A stretch of 64,000 bases of DNA from Marinobacter sp. (GTDB lineage Bacteria > Pseudomonadota > Gammaproteobacteria > Pseudomonadales > Oleiphilaceae), in assembly GCF_041984545.1 (NCBI RefSeq), contig NZ_JBHIXV010000006.1, positions 33,739 to 97,738 of the forward strand. The letters are read 5' to 3'. Each line of letters opens with the position of its first letter. Positions within the stretch are counted from its first letter, which is position 1. The position numbers and the translations under genes were made by a program. Under the pieces are notes generated by a model. It made no database searches, was not told the origin of the DNA, and saw nothing but the letters and a program-made list of their open reading frames with translations. Below are positions 1 through 11,954 of the stretch, in pieces.

Positions 1-42
1 GAGCTTGTCGAAGGTCATTTTCTGATCGCTTTTTCCGTTCAT
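1..42 (-). CDS. 5' fragment of a probable DUF721/DciA-family protein, runs off the window edge
   Basis: Open frame MNGKSDQKMTFDKL from ATG at 42, divergent from the M23 gene. Identity rests only on the usual lpxC-DUF721-M23-secA gene order. Confidence 0.45.
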   Translation of the reverse strand, partial: MNGKSDQKMTFDKL

Positions 43-273
43 GGTGCTTTTTTGCTCGACGGCTCCGATTACGATTGGTTACACTTCGGCACGGTTTGTG
101 CGTAGTGCCTGCATTGGACTCGTTTTACATTGTGTCAAATGAGTATGTCTACCGGGCGCTGCAATTTTTTCAGTATGTAGCTGTTGCCAAAGGATGGCAG
201 ACCCACTCGGAATATTCCGGGGCGCAACGCTACAGGAGGTGGTTGCGGCTCAACGATGAAACCAGATGACGAT

Positions 274-1209
274 ATGAACATTATTCTCGTTGGCAAAAAC
301 CACGGAAAGTCTCGTGTTTTGTCGATCAATGGGGCCCGCGCAGGCGCTCTTCTTGTCTTGGTGATGTCTCTGCTGATCGGGGCCGGCTGGGCCGGATATC
401 AGGTTGCGGTCCAGCAGGCCAGTGCCGAACAGCCCAGTGAATCCGAATTGGTGGCGGACTGGCAGTTGCGCCTGTCTGAGCAGAAAGCCGACCTTGCGCG
501 TCTCCGAGAGAACGTGCAGCAGCAGGTGGACGCGCTGACACTGAGGCTGGGTGAAATCCAGGGTCGCCTGTTGCGGCTGGACGCCCTCGGTCAGCGGTTT
601 GTCGAGTCTGGCCTGGTGGCCAGTGACGAATTCGATTTTGATCAGCCGGCGGCCGTTGGTGGCCCCGAGGACACGCTTTCGGGTGAATCCTATTCCGCAC
701 CGCAGCTGACCCGCATGATCGCGGAAATGGAGCAGCGGATCGAGGACCGGGAGCAGCAGCTCCGGTTGCTTGATCAACTGGCCTCTACCCAGCGCCTGGA
801 GGATGAGCTTTACGTTGAAGGGCGCCCGATTACCTGGGGCTGGCTGTCTTCGAAGTACGGCTACCGTTCCGATCCTTTCACCGGCAAACGCACCTGGCAT
901 GCCGGGGTGGATCTGGCAGGAAAAGAAGGTAGCGACATTATATCGGTTGCCGGTGGCGTGGTGACCTACGCCGGTGAGCGCTACGGCTATGGCAACCTGG
1001 TTGAAATCGACCACGGCGATGGCCTCATTACCCGGTATGCCCACTGTAAGACCGTCAAGGTTGCTGTTGGTGATGTGGTGCAGAAAGGGCAGGTGGTTGC
1101 CCTGATGGGAAGCACCGGTCGCTCCACCGGCCCCCACGTTCATTTCGAGGTTATCCGGAACGGCAAGTCCGAGAATCCGGAAACCTACATCAAGCGCGCC
1201 AGCCGCTGA
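274..1209 (+). CDS. M23 family metallopeptidase with N-terminal TM helix and coiled coil
   Basis: HAGVD (HxxxD) and GPHVHFEV (HxH) motifs; lies upstream of secA. Start uncertain (256 or 274). Confidence 0.9.
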   Translation: MNIILVGKNHGKSRVLSINGARAGALLVLVMSLLIGAGWAGYQVAVQQASAEQPSESELVADWQLRLSEQKADLARLRENVQQQVDALTLRLGEIQGRLLRLDALGQRFVESGLVASDEFDFDQPAAVGGPEDTLSGESYSAPQLTRMIAEMEQRIEDREQQLRLLDQLASTQRLEDELYVEGRPITWGWLSSKYGYRSDPFTGKRTWHAGVDLAGKEGSDIISVAGGVVTYAGERYGYGNLVEIDHGDGLITRYAHCKTVKVAVGDVVQKGQVVALMGSTGRSTGPHVHFEVIRNGKSENPETYIKRASR

Positions 1210-1387
1210 TCCTATTCCCACCAGTTCCGGTTATCTAGCGCCAGCAGTGATCCCAGGCCGGTTTTCCTGTCAGGAAGCCGGCTGGTTCCGCAGCACAAAC
1301 TCCCTCGTGTGCGGCCTGCCTTTTGTCCTGTTACAAAATAAGGTTAGAATGCCGGCTTCCTCCGTTTAATCAAAGAAGCAGTGGTCT

Positions 1388-4126
1388 ATGTTCACAAAGC
1401 TTGCAACCAAGATGTTCGGCAGTAAAAACGCCCGTGAAATCAAGAGAATGCGCAAGGTTGTCTCGCGCGTTAATGAGCTTGAGGAACAGTACGGCAATCT
1501 GTCCGACTCCGAGTTGCAAGGCAAGACCGCGGAGTTCCGCCGCCGCATCGATGAAGGCGAAAGCCTCGACGCGCTCCTGCCTGAGGTCTTCGCGACAGTG
1601 CGAGAGGCCGGTCGCCGGGTCATGGGCATGCGTCATTACGATGTTCAGCTGATCGGTGGTATTACTCTGCACGAAGGCCGCATAGCCGAAATGAAAACCG
1701 GTGAGGGCAAGACCCTCGTGGCCACGGCTGCCGTTTATCTCAACGCCTTGCCGGGCAAGGGTGTGCACGTGGTTACCGTGAACGACTACCTCGCCCGCCG
1801 GGATGCCGAGTGGATGGGCAAGCTGTACCGGTTCCTTGGGATGCAGGTGGGTGTTGTCGCGTCGGGGCAGCCTGCGGAGGAAAAGCGCGCCGCTTATCAG
1901 GCAGACATCACCTACGGTACCAACAACGAGTTCGGCTTTGATTACCTGCGCGACAACATGGCGTTCAGCACCGAAGACAAGGTTCAGCGCGGCCTGAACT
2001 ACGCCATCGTCGACGAGGTGGACTCGATCCTGATTGATGAGGCCCGTACACCGCTGATTATCTCCGGTGCCGCGGAAGACAGCTCAAAGCTGTATCAGGC
2101 GATAAACGAACTGATTCCAAAGCTGGAGAAGGGGGAAGTGCCGGAAGAGGGTGAGCCTACCGGCGACTTTACCCTCGACGAAAAATCCCGACAGGTCGAA
2201 CTGACCGAAAGCGGCCATGAGAAGGTAGAGCAACTGCTGCTGGACAAGGGCCTGCTGGACGAAGGCGAAAGCCTGTATTCCGCCGCCAACCTGAGCCTGC
2301 TGCATCACGTGCATTCGGCGCTGCGGGCGCACCACCTGTTCCAGAAGGATGTTGACTACATCGTCCAGGGCGGACAGGTGGTCATCGTTGACGAACACAC
2401 CGGCCGTACCATGCCGGGGCGTCGCTGGAGTGAGGGTCTGCATCAGGCCATCGAGGCAAAGGAGGGTGTCAGGATCCAGGCCGAAAGCCAGACCCTGGCC
2501 TCCACAACCTTCCAGAACTACTTCCGTCTGTACGACAAGTTGGCCGGCATGACCGGCACCGCCGATACCGAAGCCTTCGAATTCCGCCAGATCTACGGCC
2601 TGGATGTGGTCGTCATCCCACCGAACAAGCCGATCCAGCGGGTCGACTATAACGATCTGGTGTATCTCACCCAGGAAGAGAAGTTCCACGCCATTATTGA
2701 TGAGATCAAGGACGTGACCGCCGAGGGCCGGCCTATCCTTGTGGGTACGGCGTCCATCGAGGCTTCCGAGCTGCTGTCCATGCTGCTCAAGAAGGCCCGT
2801 ATCGAACACAAGATCCTGAACGCCAAGCAGCACGAGTCCGAGGCCCATATTATCGCCCAGGCCGGGCGGCCGGGCGCAGTGACCATCGCCACCAACATGG
2901 CAGGTCGGGGTACCGACATCGTGCTGGGCGGTAACTGGGAGCACGAAGTGGCCGCCATGGACAACCCGACCGAGGAAGAGGTTGCCCGGGTAAAGGCGGC
3001 GTGGACCGAGCGCCACAACCAGGTGCTGGAAGCCGGTGGTCTGCACATCATCGGTACCGAGCGTCACGAATCCCGTCGGATCGATAACCAGCTTCGCGGC
3101 CGGGCAGGCCGTCAGGGCGACCCCGGCTCCTCTCGTTTCTTCCTGTCACTGGAAGACAATCTCATGCGCATCTTCGCCCCGGATCGCGTCAAGAGCCTGA
3201 TGCAGGCCATGGGCATGAAGAAAGGCGAGGCCATCGAGCACCGCATGGTGACCAATGCCATCGAGAAATCCCAGCGCAAGGTGGAGGGCCGCAACTTCGA
3301 TATGCGGAAAACCCTGCTGGAATACGACGACGTGGCCAACGACCAACGGACGGTGATCTACGACCAGCGCAACGAGGTGATGTCCTCGGATGACATTTCC
3401 GAGATGGTCAAAACCATCCGGGAGGATGTGGTAGACGCGCTGATCAGCGAGTACATTCCGCCCCAGAGCATGCCGGAGCAGTGGGACGTGGCTGGCCTGG
3501 AATCCCAGCTGCAGTCGGAGATGGCGATCGATCTGCCGATCCAGAAGTGGCTCGAGGAAGACAGCAAGCTGTACGAGGAAAACCTGCGTCAGAAGATCCT
3601 CGACGAGATCGTTGCCGCCTATGAGGCCAAGGAAGCCATTGCCGGTTCCGAGGCTATGCGCAAATTCGAGAAGCAGGTGTTCCTGCAGGTGCTGGATACG
3701 CTCTGGAAAGAGCACCTGTCCAACATGGACCACCTGCGTCGCGGTATCCATCTGCGTGGCTATGCCCAGAAGAACCCCAAGCAGGAATACAAGCGCGAAG
3801 CCTTCAACCTGTTCGAGGACATGCTGGAGACCATGAAGCGGGATGTTACCCGTGTTCTCTGTCACGTGCGTGTCCAGAGCCGCGAAGAAATGGAAGAGGT
3901 GGAGCGCCGTCGCAAGCAGGAGCTTGAACAGGAGCTCGCCCGTGCCCGTCTGCGTCACGATCAAACCAGCGCCGCGGCCGAGAGCCAGGGCGAGGGTGAG
4001 GCCGAAGGTGGGCGTCCGTCGACGCCGGAAACCTTTGTGCGTCAGGAGCGCAAGGTGGGGCGCAACGAGCCCTGTCCCTGCGGGTCCGGGAAAAAGTACA
4101 AGCAGTGCTGTGGCAAGGTCAGCTGA
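1388..4126 (+). CDS. secA: Preprotein translocase ATPase SecA
   Basis: MKTGEGKT Walker [20 protein letters not shown]-terminal SEC-C motif [13 protein letters not shown]. Confidence 0.99.
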   Translation: MFTKLATKMFGSKNAREIKRMRKVVSRVNELEEQYGNLSDSELQGKTAEFRRRIDEGESLDALLPEVFATVREAGRRVMGMRHYDVQLIGGITLHEGRIAEMKTGEGKTLVATAAVYLNALPGKGVHVVTVNDYLARRDAEWMGKLYRFLGMQVGVVASGQPAEEKRAAYQADITYGTNNEFGFDYLRDNMAFSTEDKVQRGLNYAIVDEVDSILIDEARTPLIISGAAEDSSKLYQAINELIPKLEKGEVPEEGEPTGDFTLDEKSRQVELTESGHEKVEQLLLDKGLLDEGESLYSAANLSLLHHVHSALRAHHLFQKDVDYIVQGGQVVIVDEHTGRTMPGRRWSEGLHQAIEAKEGVRIQAESQTLASTTFQNYFRLYDKLAGMTGTADTEAFEFRQIYGLDVVVIPPNKPIQRVDYNDLVYLTQEEKFHAIIDEIKDVTAEGRPILVGTASIEASELLSMLLKKARIEHKILNAKQHESEAHIIAQAGRPGAVTIATNMAGRGTDIVLGGNWEHEVAAMDNPTEEEVARVKAAWTERHNQVLEAGGLHIIGTERHESRRIDNQLRGRAGRQGDPGSSRFFLSLEDNLMRIFAPDRVKSLMQAMGMKKGEAIEHRMVTNAIEKSQRKVEGRNFDMRKTLLEYDDVANDQRTVIYDQRNEVMSSDDISEMVKTIREDVVDALISEYIPPQSMPEQWDVAGLESQLQSEMAIDLPIQKWLEEDSKLYEENLRQKILDEIVAAYEAKEAIAGSEAMRKFEKQVFLQVLDTLWKEHLSNMDHLRRGIHLRGYAQKNPKQEYKREAFNLFEDMLETMKRDVTRVLCHVRVQSREEMEEVERRRKQELEQELARARLRHDQTSAAAESQGEGEAEGGRPSTPETFVRQERKVGRNEPCPCGSGKKYKQCCGKVS

Positions 4127-4151
4127 TACACAACACTGACCCAGAATCCGG

Positions 4152-4194
4152 AACCCGCACTCTGCCGGCGAACGTTGGCGGGCTGCGGGTTTTT
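4152..4194 (+). terminator. Probable intrinsic terminator after secA
   Basis: AACCCGCA...TGCGGGTT stem with inner pairing, followed by a T-run. Confidence 0.55.
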
Positions 4195-4241
4195 CCGTTC
4201 TGGTCAGGTGGATTCCGTTTTTGCAAAAGAGGAGTGGCATA

Positions 4242-5459
4242 ATGGCGGTAGGTCCGGAAACCTTACCCGAGTTTCATCCGGTGGCCGGTCTCCGGCTTGG
4301 CATTGCCAGCGCCGGGATCAAAAGGCCGGGGCGCAAGGATGTGGTGGTCTTCGAGCTTGCCCAGGGCAGCCGGGTGGCCGGTATCTTCACGAAGAACCAG
4401 TTCTGCGCCGCGCCGGTTACGCTCAGTCGCCGTCACCTGGCCGAAGCCGCTCCCAGATACCTGTTGATCAATACCGGTAACGCCAACGCCGGAACCGGTG
4501 CCCGCGGCCTGCATGACGCGGAGGCCTGTTGCCAGGCGTTGGCAAGTCAGGCGGGTGCGCGAGATGTGGAGATCCTGCCGTTTTCCACCGGCGTGATTGG
4601 TGAGCCGCTGCCGGTTCAGAAGATAGTCTCGGCCCTGCCCGAGGCTCTGGCCGATCTGCGGGAAGACCGCTGGGCAGAGGCAGCACGGGGAATCATGACC
4701 ACCGATACCCGGCCCAAGGGCGCCACTCGCAAGGTAACCCTGGGAGATCACACGGTTACCATTTCCGGGATCAGCAAGGGTGCCGGAATGATTCGCCCGA
4801 ACATGGCCACCATGCTCGGCTTCATCGGCACCGACGCACGTATCGAGCCTGCGCTGCTCCAGACCCTGGCCTCGGAGCTGGGTGAAAAGTCGTTCAATCG
4901 CATCACCATTGATGGCGATACCTCCACCAATGACGCCTGCATGCTGGTTGCAACCGGCCAGTACGGCGGCCCGGAAATCACGGCGGACAGTCCGCAGCTG
5001 CCGAAGCTGCGGGAGGCGCTTGAGTCCGTCTACCTGGAACTGGCCCATGCCATTGTCCGGGACGGCGAGGGAGCCACCAAGTTTGTTACCATCGACGTGG
5101 CCGGCGCAGCGTCTCAGCAGGAGGCGCTGGATGTGGCCTACACTGTCGCTCACTCACCGCTGGTCAAGACCGCGCTGTTCGCTTCGGATCCGAACTGGGG
5201 GCGCATTCTGGCGGCCGTGGGGCGGGCCGGTGTCGAGAACCTCGATCTGGCGGCCCTGGAAATTTACCTGGGCGATGTCTGTCTCGTACGCAACGGCGGG
5301 CGAGCCGAGGATTATTCGGAAGCTCGTGGCCAGGCGGTCATGAACGGTGAAGAAATTACCATCGCCATCGACCTCAAGCGCGGTAATGTTCGCGAAACCG
5401 TGTGGACCTGTGATTTCTCCCACGACTACGTGACCATCAACGCCGAATATCGCACCTGA
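4242..5459 (+). CDS. argJ: Ornithine acetyltransferase / N-acetylglutamate synthase ArgJ
   Basis: IMTTDT, KGAGMIRPNMATML (autoproteolysis site), DGEGATK, NWGRI; AGAGGAG RBS. Confidence 0.97.
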   Translation: MAVGPETLPEFHPVAGLRLGIASAGIKRPGRKDVVVFELAQGSRVAGIFTKNQFCAAPVTLSRRHLAEAAPRYLLINTGNANAGTGARGLHDAEACCQALASQAGARDVEILPFSTGVIGEPLPVQKIVSALPEALADLREDRWAEAARGIMTTDTRPKGATRKVTLGDHTVTISGISKGAGMIRPNMATMLGFIGTDARIEPALLQTLASELGEKSFNRITIDGDTSTNDACMLVATGQYGGPEITADSPQLPKLREALESVYLELAHAIVRDGEGATKFVTIDVAGAASQQEALDVAYTVAHSPLVKTALFASDPNWGRILAAVGRAGVENLDLAALEIYLGDVCLVRNGGRAEDYSEARGQAVMNGEEITIAIDLKRGNVRETVWTCDFSHDYVTINAEYRT

Positions 5460-5472
5460 GTGGCCCGGAAGC

Positions 5473-6474
5473 ATGACCAGTAAGCTAGTTCATGTTGCGG
5501 TCGGGGTCATCGAACGATCGGGGCGCGTACTGATTGCCCGGAGGCCTGATCATGCCCACCAGGGTGGTTTGCTGGAGTTCCCCGGGGGCAAGGTGGAACC
5601 GGGCGAGACGGTGCAGCAGGCCCTGGTGAGAGAGATTCACGAGGAAACCGGTCTGAGGCTGTCAGAGTCCGGACTTACGCCTGTTATCACCATCCGTCAC
5701 GACTATGGCGACAAATGCGTGTTGCTGGACGTCTGGCGCACCACAGACGCCGACGGCGAGCCGGTAGGGCGGGAAGGACAGCCTGTGGAATGGCGTTGTC
5801 CGGAAAGCCTGTGTGACGAGGAGTTTCCGGCGGCCAATCGACCGATCATCCGCGCCCTGCGTCTGCCTGCGGCGCTGGCGTTGACCGGCACCATCGGCTC
5901 AGTGGGCCAGGGTGTGTCTTGCCTGGCTCAATCCCTGACCGGGCAGCCGCCGGCTCTGGTGGTGCTAAGGGCGCCGTCGCTGGAGGAGGCTGACTATCGT
6001 CAGTTCGCTCGGGAAGCGGTGGCGTTGGCGCAGGCGAACCGGGTCGATGTGCTCGTGCACGGTTCGCCGGAGCGCTGCGGGCAGACACCAGGCGCCGCCG
6101 GTTTGCATCTGCCGTGGCGGGAGGCGGAGAAGCTATCGGAGCGGCCGATTCCGGCGAGCAGCTGGCTCGGGGTTTCCTGTCACTCGGCCGAGCAGCTCGC
6201 CCACGCCGAATCCCTGGGCGCAGACTACGCAGTACTGGGGCCCGTGTTGCCGACCCCCAGCCATCCGGGCGAATCCGGTATGGGCTGGTCGCGGTTCGCC
6301 GATCTGGTGGCAGCGGCGAGGCTTCCGGTCTACGCGCTCGGGGGCATGAGCACTGGCCATCTTGAGATCGCCCGGCGCCACGGGGCCCAGGGCATCGCGG
6401 GCATTGGATTCTGGTGGCAGGATGACTGCCAACACCAGCTAGCATCAAACGGGAGACAGCAGTGGCAAAATTGA
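5473..6474 (+). CDS. MutT-like Nudix hydrolase fused to a thiamine-phosphate-synthase-like domain
   Basis: Nudix box [24 protein letters not shown]; C-terminal GVSCH...[13 protein letters not shown]...PVYALGG. Confidence 0.9.
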   Translation: MTSKLVHVAVGVIERSGRVLIARRPDHAHQGGLLEFPGGKVEPGETVQQALVREIHEETGLRLSESGLTPVITIRHDYGDKCVLLDVWRTTDADGEPVGREGQPVEWRCPESLCDEEFPAANRPIIRALRLPAALALTGTIGSVGQGVSCLAQSLTGQPPALVVLRAPSLEEADYRQFAREAVALAQANRVDVLVHGSPERCGQTPGAAGLHLPWREAEKLSERPIPASSWLGVSCHSAEQLAHAESLGADYAVLGPVLPTPSHPGESGMGWSRFADLVAAARLPVYALGGMSTGHLEIARRHGAQGIAGIGFWWQDDCQHQLASNGRQQWQN

Positions 6475-6944
6475 CGCATCTGGATGAGAAGGGCGAAGCC
6501 CGGATGGTAGACGTGACCGACAAGGCGGTCACGGAACGGGAAGCCAGGGCCGAGGCGACCATCCGAATGGCGCCCGCCACCCTGAAAATGATCATCGATG
6601 GCGAACACCCCAAGGGCGACGTACTCGCCACGGCGCGCATTGCCGGCATTATGGCGGCCAAGAAAACCCACGACCTGATTCCCCTCTGCCACGCGCTCAA
6701 CCTGACGTCGGTGAAGGTCGAGCTGACGCCCGGCGAAGACGGCGCCTCGGTGTACATCCTCACCCGCTGCAAGCTGTCTGGCCAGACCGGCGTCGAGATG
6801 GAAGCGCTGACTGCGGCCAGCGTTGCCGCACTGACCCTGTACGACATGTGCAAGGCCGTGGACCGTGGCATGGAGATTGATGCTGTCCGACTGCTTGAGA
6901 AAAAAGGCGGTCGCAGCGGGCACTGGGTGGCCGGTCATTCCTGA
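6462..6944 (+). CDS. moaC: Cyclic pyranopterin monophosphate synthase MoaC
   Basis: [35 protein letters not shown]. Confidence 0.97.
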   Translation: MAKLTHLDEKGEARMVDVTDKAVTEREARAEATIRMAPATLKMIIDGEHPKGDVLATARIAGIMAAKKTHDLIPLCHALNLTSVKVELTPGEDGASVYILTRCKLSGQTGVEMEALTAASVAALTLYDMCKAVDRGMEIDAVRLLEKKGGRSGHWVAGHS

Positions 6945-7034
6945 TCTGGCGTGATGCTGCGCTCGTAAGTGTTGGTTACTGAGACCACGCCGGAGGAGCG
7001 ACAGTGGATAGACTACGCCAAGCGGGCGGGCCCG

Positions 7035-7043
7035 TGATAGAAT
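7035..7043 (+). promoter_or_regulatory. Extended -10 element upstream of ribA
   Basis: TGATAGAAT (TGn + TAGAAT) about 35 nt before the ribA start. Confidence 0.4.
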
Positions 7044-7078
7044 GCGCGGCCCGATTGACTGAACCACGAGGAAGCACT

Positions 7079-7693
7079 GTGGCTGTTCGTTACATCCAGA
7101 CCTGCCGGCTGCCGACCCCGTTCGGGGTATTCGACATGCACGGCTTTGAGGAGCCGGATACCGGGAAGGAGCACGTTGCCCTGACTCTGGGCGATCTGGA
7201 CAGTGACGAACCGATGCTTGCCCGCACCCACTCCGAGTGTCTTACCGGTGACGCCCTGTACAGCATGCGCTGTGACTGCGGCTATCAGCTGGAAGAAGCG
7301 CTGCGCAGCATTGCCCGCGAAGGACGTGGCATTCTCATGTACCTGCGCCAGGAAGGTCGGGGCATTGGCCTGCTCAACAAGATCCGCGCCTATCACCTGC
7401 AGGACCAGGGCGCCGATACGGTTGAAGCCAACGAGCGCCTGGGCTTCGCCGCAGACCTGCGGGATTACAGCATGTGCAAGGACATGCTGGAGCACCTGGG
7501 TATCAAGAGCCTGCGGCTGATGACGAACAATCCGCGGAAAGTCAAAGCGCTGTCGTCCTACGGTATTGATATTGCCGAGCGTGTGCCACTGCATGTGGGC
7601 CGTAATCCGCACAATGAGCATTATCTCGACACCAAGCAGTCGAAGCTTGGCCACTGGCTGGAGACCCATCAGGACGACGATCCTGAGGTGTAG
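7079..7693 (+). CDS. ribA: GTP cyclohydrolase II
   Basis: [29 protein letters not shown]; GAGGA RBS before GTG. Confidence 0.97.
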   Translation: MAVRYIQTCRLPTPFGVFDMHGFEEPDTGKEHVALTLGDLDSDEPMLARTHSECLTGDALYSMRCDCGYQLEEALRSIAREGRGILMYLRQEGRGIGLLNKIRAYHLQDQGADTVEANERLGFAADLRDYSMCKDMLEHLGIKSLRLMTNNPRKVKALSSYGIDIAERVPLHVGRNPHNEHYLDTKQSKLGHWLETHQDDDPEV

Positions 7694-7714
7694 GGTCCGT
7701 AACCAATGGCGCAG

Positions 7715-7746
7715 AAAAAAGCCCGCTCAACAGGCGGGCTTTTTTT
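7715..7746. terminator. Bidirectional intrinsic terminator between ribA and dxs
   Basis: AAAAAAGCCCGC-loop-GCGGGCTTTTTTT between convergent genes. Confidence 0.9.
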
Positions 7747-7774
7747 GTGGCGGCTGGCGTCTCTTCGGATGCCG

Positions 7775-9706
7775 CTATTTGACTACTTTCAGGTTCTGGT
7801 GACTGAGCTGCTCCAGCCGGTCGCGGATGGCAGCTTCAATGCCCGCCGCATCCAGGCCACACTCTGACAGCAACTCGCCGTGCTTGCCGTGGTCCATGAA
7901 TGTGTCCGGCAGTCCCAGTTGCAGTACCGGCATGGACACCAGGCGGCTGTTGAGAAACTCGGTGACCGCGCTGCCCGCACCGCCGGCAACGGCATTCTCT
8001 TCCAGGGTCACCAGAACATCGTGCTGCTCGGCCAGCTCCAGCACTAACTCCTCATCCAGGGGTTTGACGAAGCGCATATCAGCCACGGTGGCGCCGAGCG
8101 CCTCTGCAGCCTCCAGGGCCGGCGCCAGCAGCGTGCCAAAGTTCAGTATGGCGACGTTCTTACCATCCCGGATACGGCGCCCCTTGCCGATCTCAAGCGG
8201 TGTCAGTGCCTGTTCGATGGTCGCGCCGGGCCCGGTTCCCCTGGGGTAGCGTACCGAAGCGGGCCCGTCGTACAACATGCCAGTCTGCAGCAGCTGTCGG
8301 GTTTCGTTTTCGTCCGAGGGCGTCATCACCACCATGTTAGGGATGCAGCGCAGGTAGCTGATGTCGAACGCTCCTGCGTGCGTGGGGCCGTCCTCGCCCA
8401 CCAGGCCGGCGCGGTCGATGGCAAACAGCACGTCCAGATTCTGGATGGCCACGTCGTGTATCAGCTGGTCGTAGGCCCGTTGCAGGAAAGTGGAGTAAAT
8501 GGCCACCACCGGCTTGGCGCCATCGCAGGCCAGGCCGGCCGCGAGGGTGACGGCGTGCTGTTCGGCGATGGCGACATCGAAATAGCGGTCGGGAAACCGT
8601 TGCGAAAAGGCAAGCAGATCCGAGCCTTCACACATGGCCGGCGTGATGCCCACCACGCGCTCGTCCTGTTCAGCAGCATCGCACAGCCACTGGCCGAAGA
8701 CATTGGCGTACTTGGGCCTGGCGGCCTTGGGTTTGACCGGCTCGGGCTTGCTTGGCGGCACCGGTTCGATCTTGTTGATGGCGTGATAGCCGATCGGGTC
8801 TGCTTCGGCTGGCGCAAAGCCCTTGCCCTTGGTGGTCACCACGTGGAGGAATTGCGGGCCTTCCAGTTCGCGGATGTTTTCCAGGGTTTCGACGAGCAGA
8901 GGCAGATCATGGCCGTCGATGGGGCCAATGTAGTTGAAGCCAAGCTCCTCGAACAGGGTGCCCGGGGCAATCATGCCCTTGAAGTGCTCCTCGGTTTTTT
9001 TGGCCAGGGCCATCAGGTGGGGCGCTCCCTGCAGTACCTTCTTGCTGCTGTCGCGAACCTGATTGTAGGTTCGGCTTGAGAGCAGTTTGGCGAAGTAGTT
9101 CGACAGCCCGCCCACGTTCCGGGAAATCGACATGTCGTTGTCGTTGAGGATCACCAGCATGTCGGCATGCAGGTGGCCGGCGTGGTTCAGGGCCTCGAAC
9201 GCCATGCCGGCGGTCATGGCGCCATCGCCGATAACGGCAATGCTCTTGCGGCCGGTCTTGTGCAGACGGGCCGCGATGGCCATGCCCAGTGCCGCGCTGA
9301 TGGAGGTGCTGGAATGACCCACGCCGAAGGTGTCGTACTCGCTTTCGGCCCGTTTCGGGAAACCCGCCAGGCCTCCCTTGCGGCGAATGCTGCCCATGGC
9401 CTCCCGGCGGCCGGTCAGGATCTTGTGCGGGTAGGCCTGGTGGCCCACGTCCCACACCAGGCGGTCGCGCGGGGTTTCGAAGACATAGTGCAGGGCAACG
9501 GTCAATTCGAGCACGCCCAGGCCGGCGCCGAAGTGGCCGCCGGTCTGGCCCACGGACCACAGCAGAAACGCCCGGAGCTCCCGGGCCAGCTGGGTCAGCT
9601 GCTCTGGCGCCAGTTCTCGTAGCTGGGCGGGTTCATCAATCCGGTCCAGCAACGGTGTGTTGGGCCGTTGCGACGGGATTTCCTTGAAAGTGTATGTGTC
9701 CTGCAT
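7775..9706 (-). CDS. dxs: 1-deoxy-D-xylulose-5-phosphate synthase
   Basis: [29 protein letters not shown] (TPP motif), [19 protein letters not shown]. Confidence 0.98.
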   Translation of the reverse strand: MQDTYTFKEIPSQRPNTPLLDRIDEPAQLRELAPEQLTQLARELRAFLLWSVGQTGGHFGAGLGVLELTVALHYVFETPRDRLVWDVGHQAYPHKILTGRREAMGSIRRKGGLAGFPKRAESEYDTFGVGHSSTSISAALGMAIAARLHKTGRKSIAVIGDGAMTAGMAFEALNHAGHLHADMLVILNDNDMSISRNVGGLSNYFAKLLSSRTYNQVRDSSKKVLQGAPHLMALAKKTEEHFKGMIAPGTLFEELGFNYIGPIDGHDLPLLVETLENIRELEGPQFLHVVTTKGKGFAPAEADPIGYHAINKIEPVPPSKPEPVKPKAARPKYANVFGQWLCDAAEQDERVVGITPAMCEGSDLLAFSQRFPDRYFDVAIAEQHAVTLAAGLACDGAKPVVAIYSTFLQRAYDQLIHDVAIQNLDVLFAIDRAGLVGEDGPTHAGAFDISYLRCIPNMVVMTPSDENETRQLLQTGMLYDGPASVRYPRGTGPGATIEQALTPLEIGKGRRIRDGKNVAILNFGTLLAPALEAAEALGATVADMRFVKPLDEELVLELAEQHDVLVTLEENAVAGGAGSAVTEFLNSRLVSMPVLQLGLPDTFMDHGKHGELLSECGLDAAGIEAAIRDRLEQLSHQNLKVVK

Positions 9707-9880
9707 CTGCTCGGGTCTTTCCGGTACGTTCCGTAACTGCCTGGCATTATAAGGGAACAGGGGAGGCTGTTTCACACAAACAGGGCCAGTTGTTACGAAA
9801 ATGTTGATGTCCAGTGTGCGCCTTTCCGGCGCCAGCATTCAATGGTGAGACCTCAATGCACAGAACTCGGTCGAGAGAAC

Positions 9881-10777
9881 TCAGTGGTTCCGCGCCACCA
9901 CGTAATCGGCCATGGCACGAAGTGGGTCGGCTTCAGGGCCGAACACGGCCAGGCTTTGCTGGGCGTTGTCCAGCAATTCGGCAAGGCGAGCCCGGGCGCC
10001 ATCAACGCCAAGCAGGGCGGGGTAGGTGGGCTTGGCCCTGGCGGCATCAGAACCCTGTCGCTTGCCAATCACCTGAGTGTCTCCCTCGATGTCCAGCAGA
10101 TCATCCTGCACCTGAAACGCCAGGCCCAGGGCTCTGGCGTATCCGGCCAGGGCCTCGAGGTCCTGTTCCCGCGTCCGGGGGCTTGAGAGAGCGCCGATAC
10201 GGACACTGGCTTCAATCAGGGCGCCGGTCTTGTGCCGGTGCATTACTTCCAGCTGCGCGAGGGTCAGGGTCTTGCCCACGGCCTCCAGGTCGATGGCCTG
10301 GCCGCCCACCATGCCACCGTGGCCACTGGCCCGGGCAAGCTCGCGGACCATGGTAAGCCGGGCGGATTCGGACGGCCCTGTGGCATCGGCAAGCAGGCCA
10401 AAGGCCAGGGCCTGCAGGGCGTCGCCGGCCAGAATGGCAGTAGCTTCATCAAAGGCAATGTGGGTTGTGGGACGGCCCCGGCGCAGGTCATCGTCGTCCA
10501 TGGCCGGCAGGTCGTCGTGTATCAGTGAGTAGGCGTGGATCAGTTCCACGGCGCAGGCCGGGGCGAGTGCGTTGTCCCCGGTGTCGCCGACTGCCCGGGC
10601 GGCTGCCAGGCACAGGGCCGGTCGAATTCTTTTGCCACCGCCAAGCACGCTGTAACGCATGGCGGCCTGCAAGCGATCAGAGGCGGATTCCCTGCTGATG
10701 CAGCGGTCGAGTTCCGCGTCTACCCGGGCCCGGCAGATCTCAAGAAAGTCTATCGCAAACGAGTTCTGTGCTGACAT
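9881..10777 (-). CDS. ispA: Farnesyl diphosphate synthase
   Basis: GGKRIRP, HDDLPAMDDDDLRRG, FQVQDDLLD; TGATG overlap with xseB. Confidence 0.96.
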   Translation of the reverse strand: MSAQNSFAIDFLEICRARVDAELDRCISRESASDRLQAAMRYSVLGGGKRIRPALCLAAARAVGDTGDNALAPACAVELIHAYSLIHDDLPAMDDDDLRRGRPTTHIAFDEATAILAGDALQALAFGLLADATGPSESARLTMVRELARASGHGGMVGGQAIDLEAVGKTLTLAQLEVMHRHKTGALIEASVRIGALSSPRTREQDLEALAGYARALGLAFQVQDDLLDIEGDTQVIGKRQGSDAARAKPTYPALLGVDGARARLAELLDNAQQSLAVFGPEADPLRAMADYVVARNH

Positions 10778-11031
10778 CACTCGGCATCATCCGGAGAGAA
10801 CGGTCGCGTCTCGAGGCTGCCATCGCTGTTCTGCATCAACTGCTCCACCCGTTGCTCCGCGCTTTTCAGTGCCTGCTGGCATTCCCTGGTCAGTTTCACC
10901 CCTCGCTCGAAGGCGGTCAGAGACTGCTCCAGGGACAGCTCGCCCTGTTCCAGATCGCGAACCAGCTTCTCCAGCTCATCAAGGGATTTCTCAAAGTCGG
11001 CTATGGACGTGGTGCCTTGTTCACCGGCCAT
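10777..11031 (-). CDS. xseB: Exodeoxyribonuclease VII small subunit
   Basis: [31 protein letters not shown]; xseB-ispA-dxs order. Confidence 0.96.
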   Translation of the reverse strand: MAGEQGTTSIADFEKSLDELEKLVRDLEQGELSLEQSLTAFERGVKLTRECQQALKSAEQRVEQLMQNSDGSLETRPFSPDDAE

Positions 11032-11086
11032 CAGGGACCCTCCGATCGGGTAACAGAATTTGGCGGATTATATCAGAGCCTGAGCG

Positions 11087-11860
11087 CTATCGCTGCCAGT
11101 GGAAGCGACGCCGTTCTCCGGCTTCGGCATCCGGACCCCAGGATTGCTCGGTAACCTGGATGTCGCCTGCGGCAGAGACGGTGACGATGGTGGTGGCGCG
11201 GGTGCCGTAGTCGGTGCCGGCGATAAATGGAGAAGACAGGAAGCGTTCGGTGTCCAGGCCCACGCCGGTGTCTGGCAACAGGCGGTCTGGTGCGGGGGTT
11301 GTGTCCTGGAGTAACGGTATCAGGCGACGATGCAGGCCCTCTGCATCGTCGCCTGCAGCCATGACGGTCTCGCCAACCGCTTCGCGAAGGCGAAGCAGCT
11401 TGGGCCAGGGCGTCTGGAGCAGGTGGTTGCTGAGACCGTAGACGCCGCGGTGAATATGACGCCCTGGATGGGCATCCCGGTTACTGTAATACCATCCACT
11501 TCGAGGCGTCAGATGGACCAGGTTAAAGCCGGAATACCGGTCGCCCCGGTTGTGAAGGTGGTCGGCAAGCTCCTCCCGGGAGCTCTCCACCGCCCGAAGC
11601 GGCAACTCCCCACGGCTGATGCAGCCGGTTTCCGAAGCACCTTCGCGCACGTTGGTCACGGCACTGACCTCGCCAGCGGAGGTCACGGCCAGCCAGGTTC
11701 CGCCGGACTGCAAATCGCGGCCCGCAAGGACCCGGTTACCGTTATTGGTGGTCCACCAGTCCATGGCGGCAGTGGGTCGCCGAAAAAATTCGTCCCGGTT
11801 GGCGGCAACCACCAGAGGGAAGTGACGATTCTGGCCCAGGGCGAAGGCAATCAGGCACAT
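11087..11860 (-). CDS. NRDE/TANGO2 family protein
   Basis: N-terminal MCLI...AANRDEF, GRDLQSGGTWL, YGTRATT. Confidence 0.93.
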   Translation of the reverse strand: MCLIAFALGQNRHFPLVVAANRDEFFRRPTAAMDWWTTNNGNRVLAGRDLQSGGTWLAVTSAGEVSAVTNVREGASETGCISRGELPLRAVESSREELADHLHNRGDRYSGFNLVHLTPRSGWYYSNRDAHPGRHIHRGVYGLSNHLLQTPWPKLLRLREAVGETVMAAGDDAEGLHRRLIPLLQDTTPAPDRLLPDTGVGLDTERFLSSPFIAGTDYGTRATTIVTVSAAGDIQVTEQSWGPDAEAGERRRFHWQR

Positions 11861-11954
11861 GGTGGCGGATGTCGCTCCCACAGTTAATGGTAATGAAGTT
11901 GACCGTTGCGCTGTGTATCATACCAGCCTTGGTTTTTCCGGGTGCCCCCTGTCC

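Noticed and set aside
1210-1387. SecM-like arrest peptide upstream of secA
   Set aside because: No suitable ORF or arrest motif; only a hairpin near 1258-1281.
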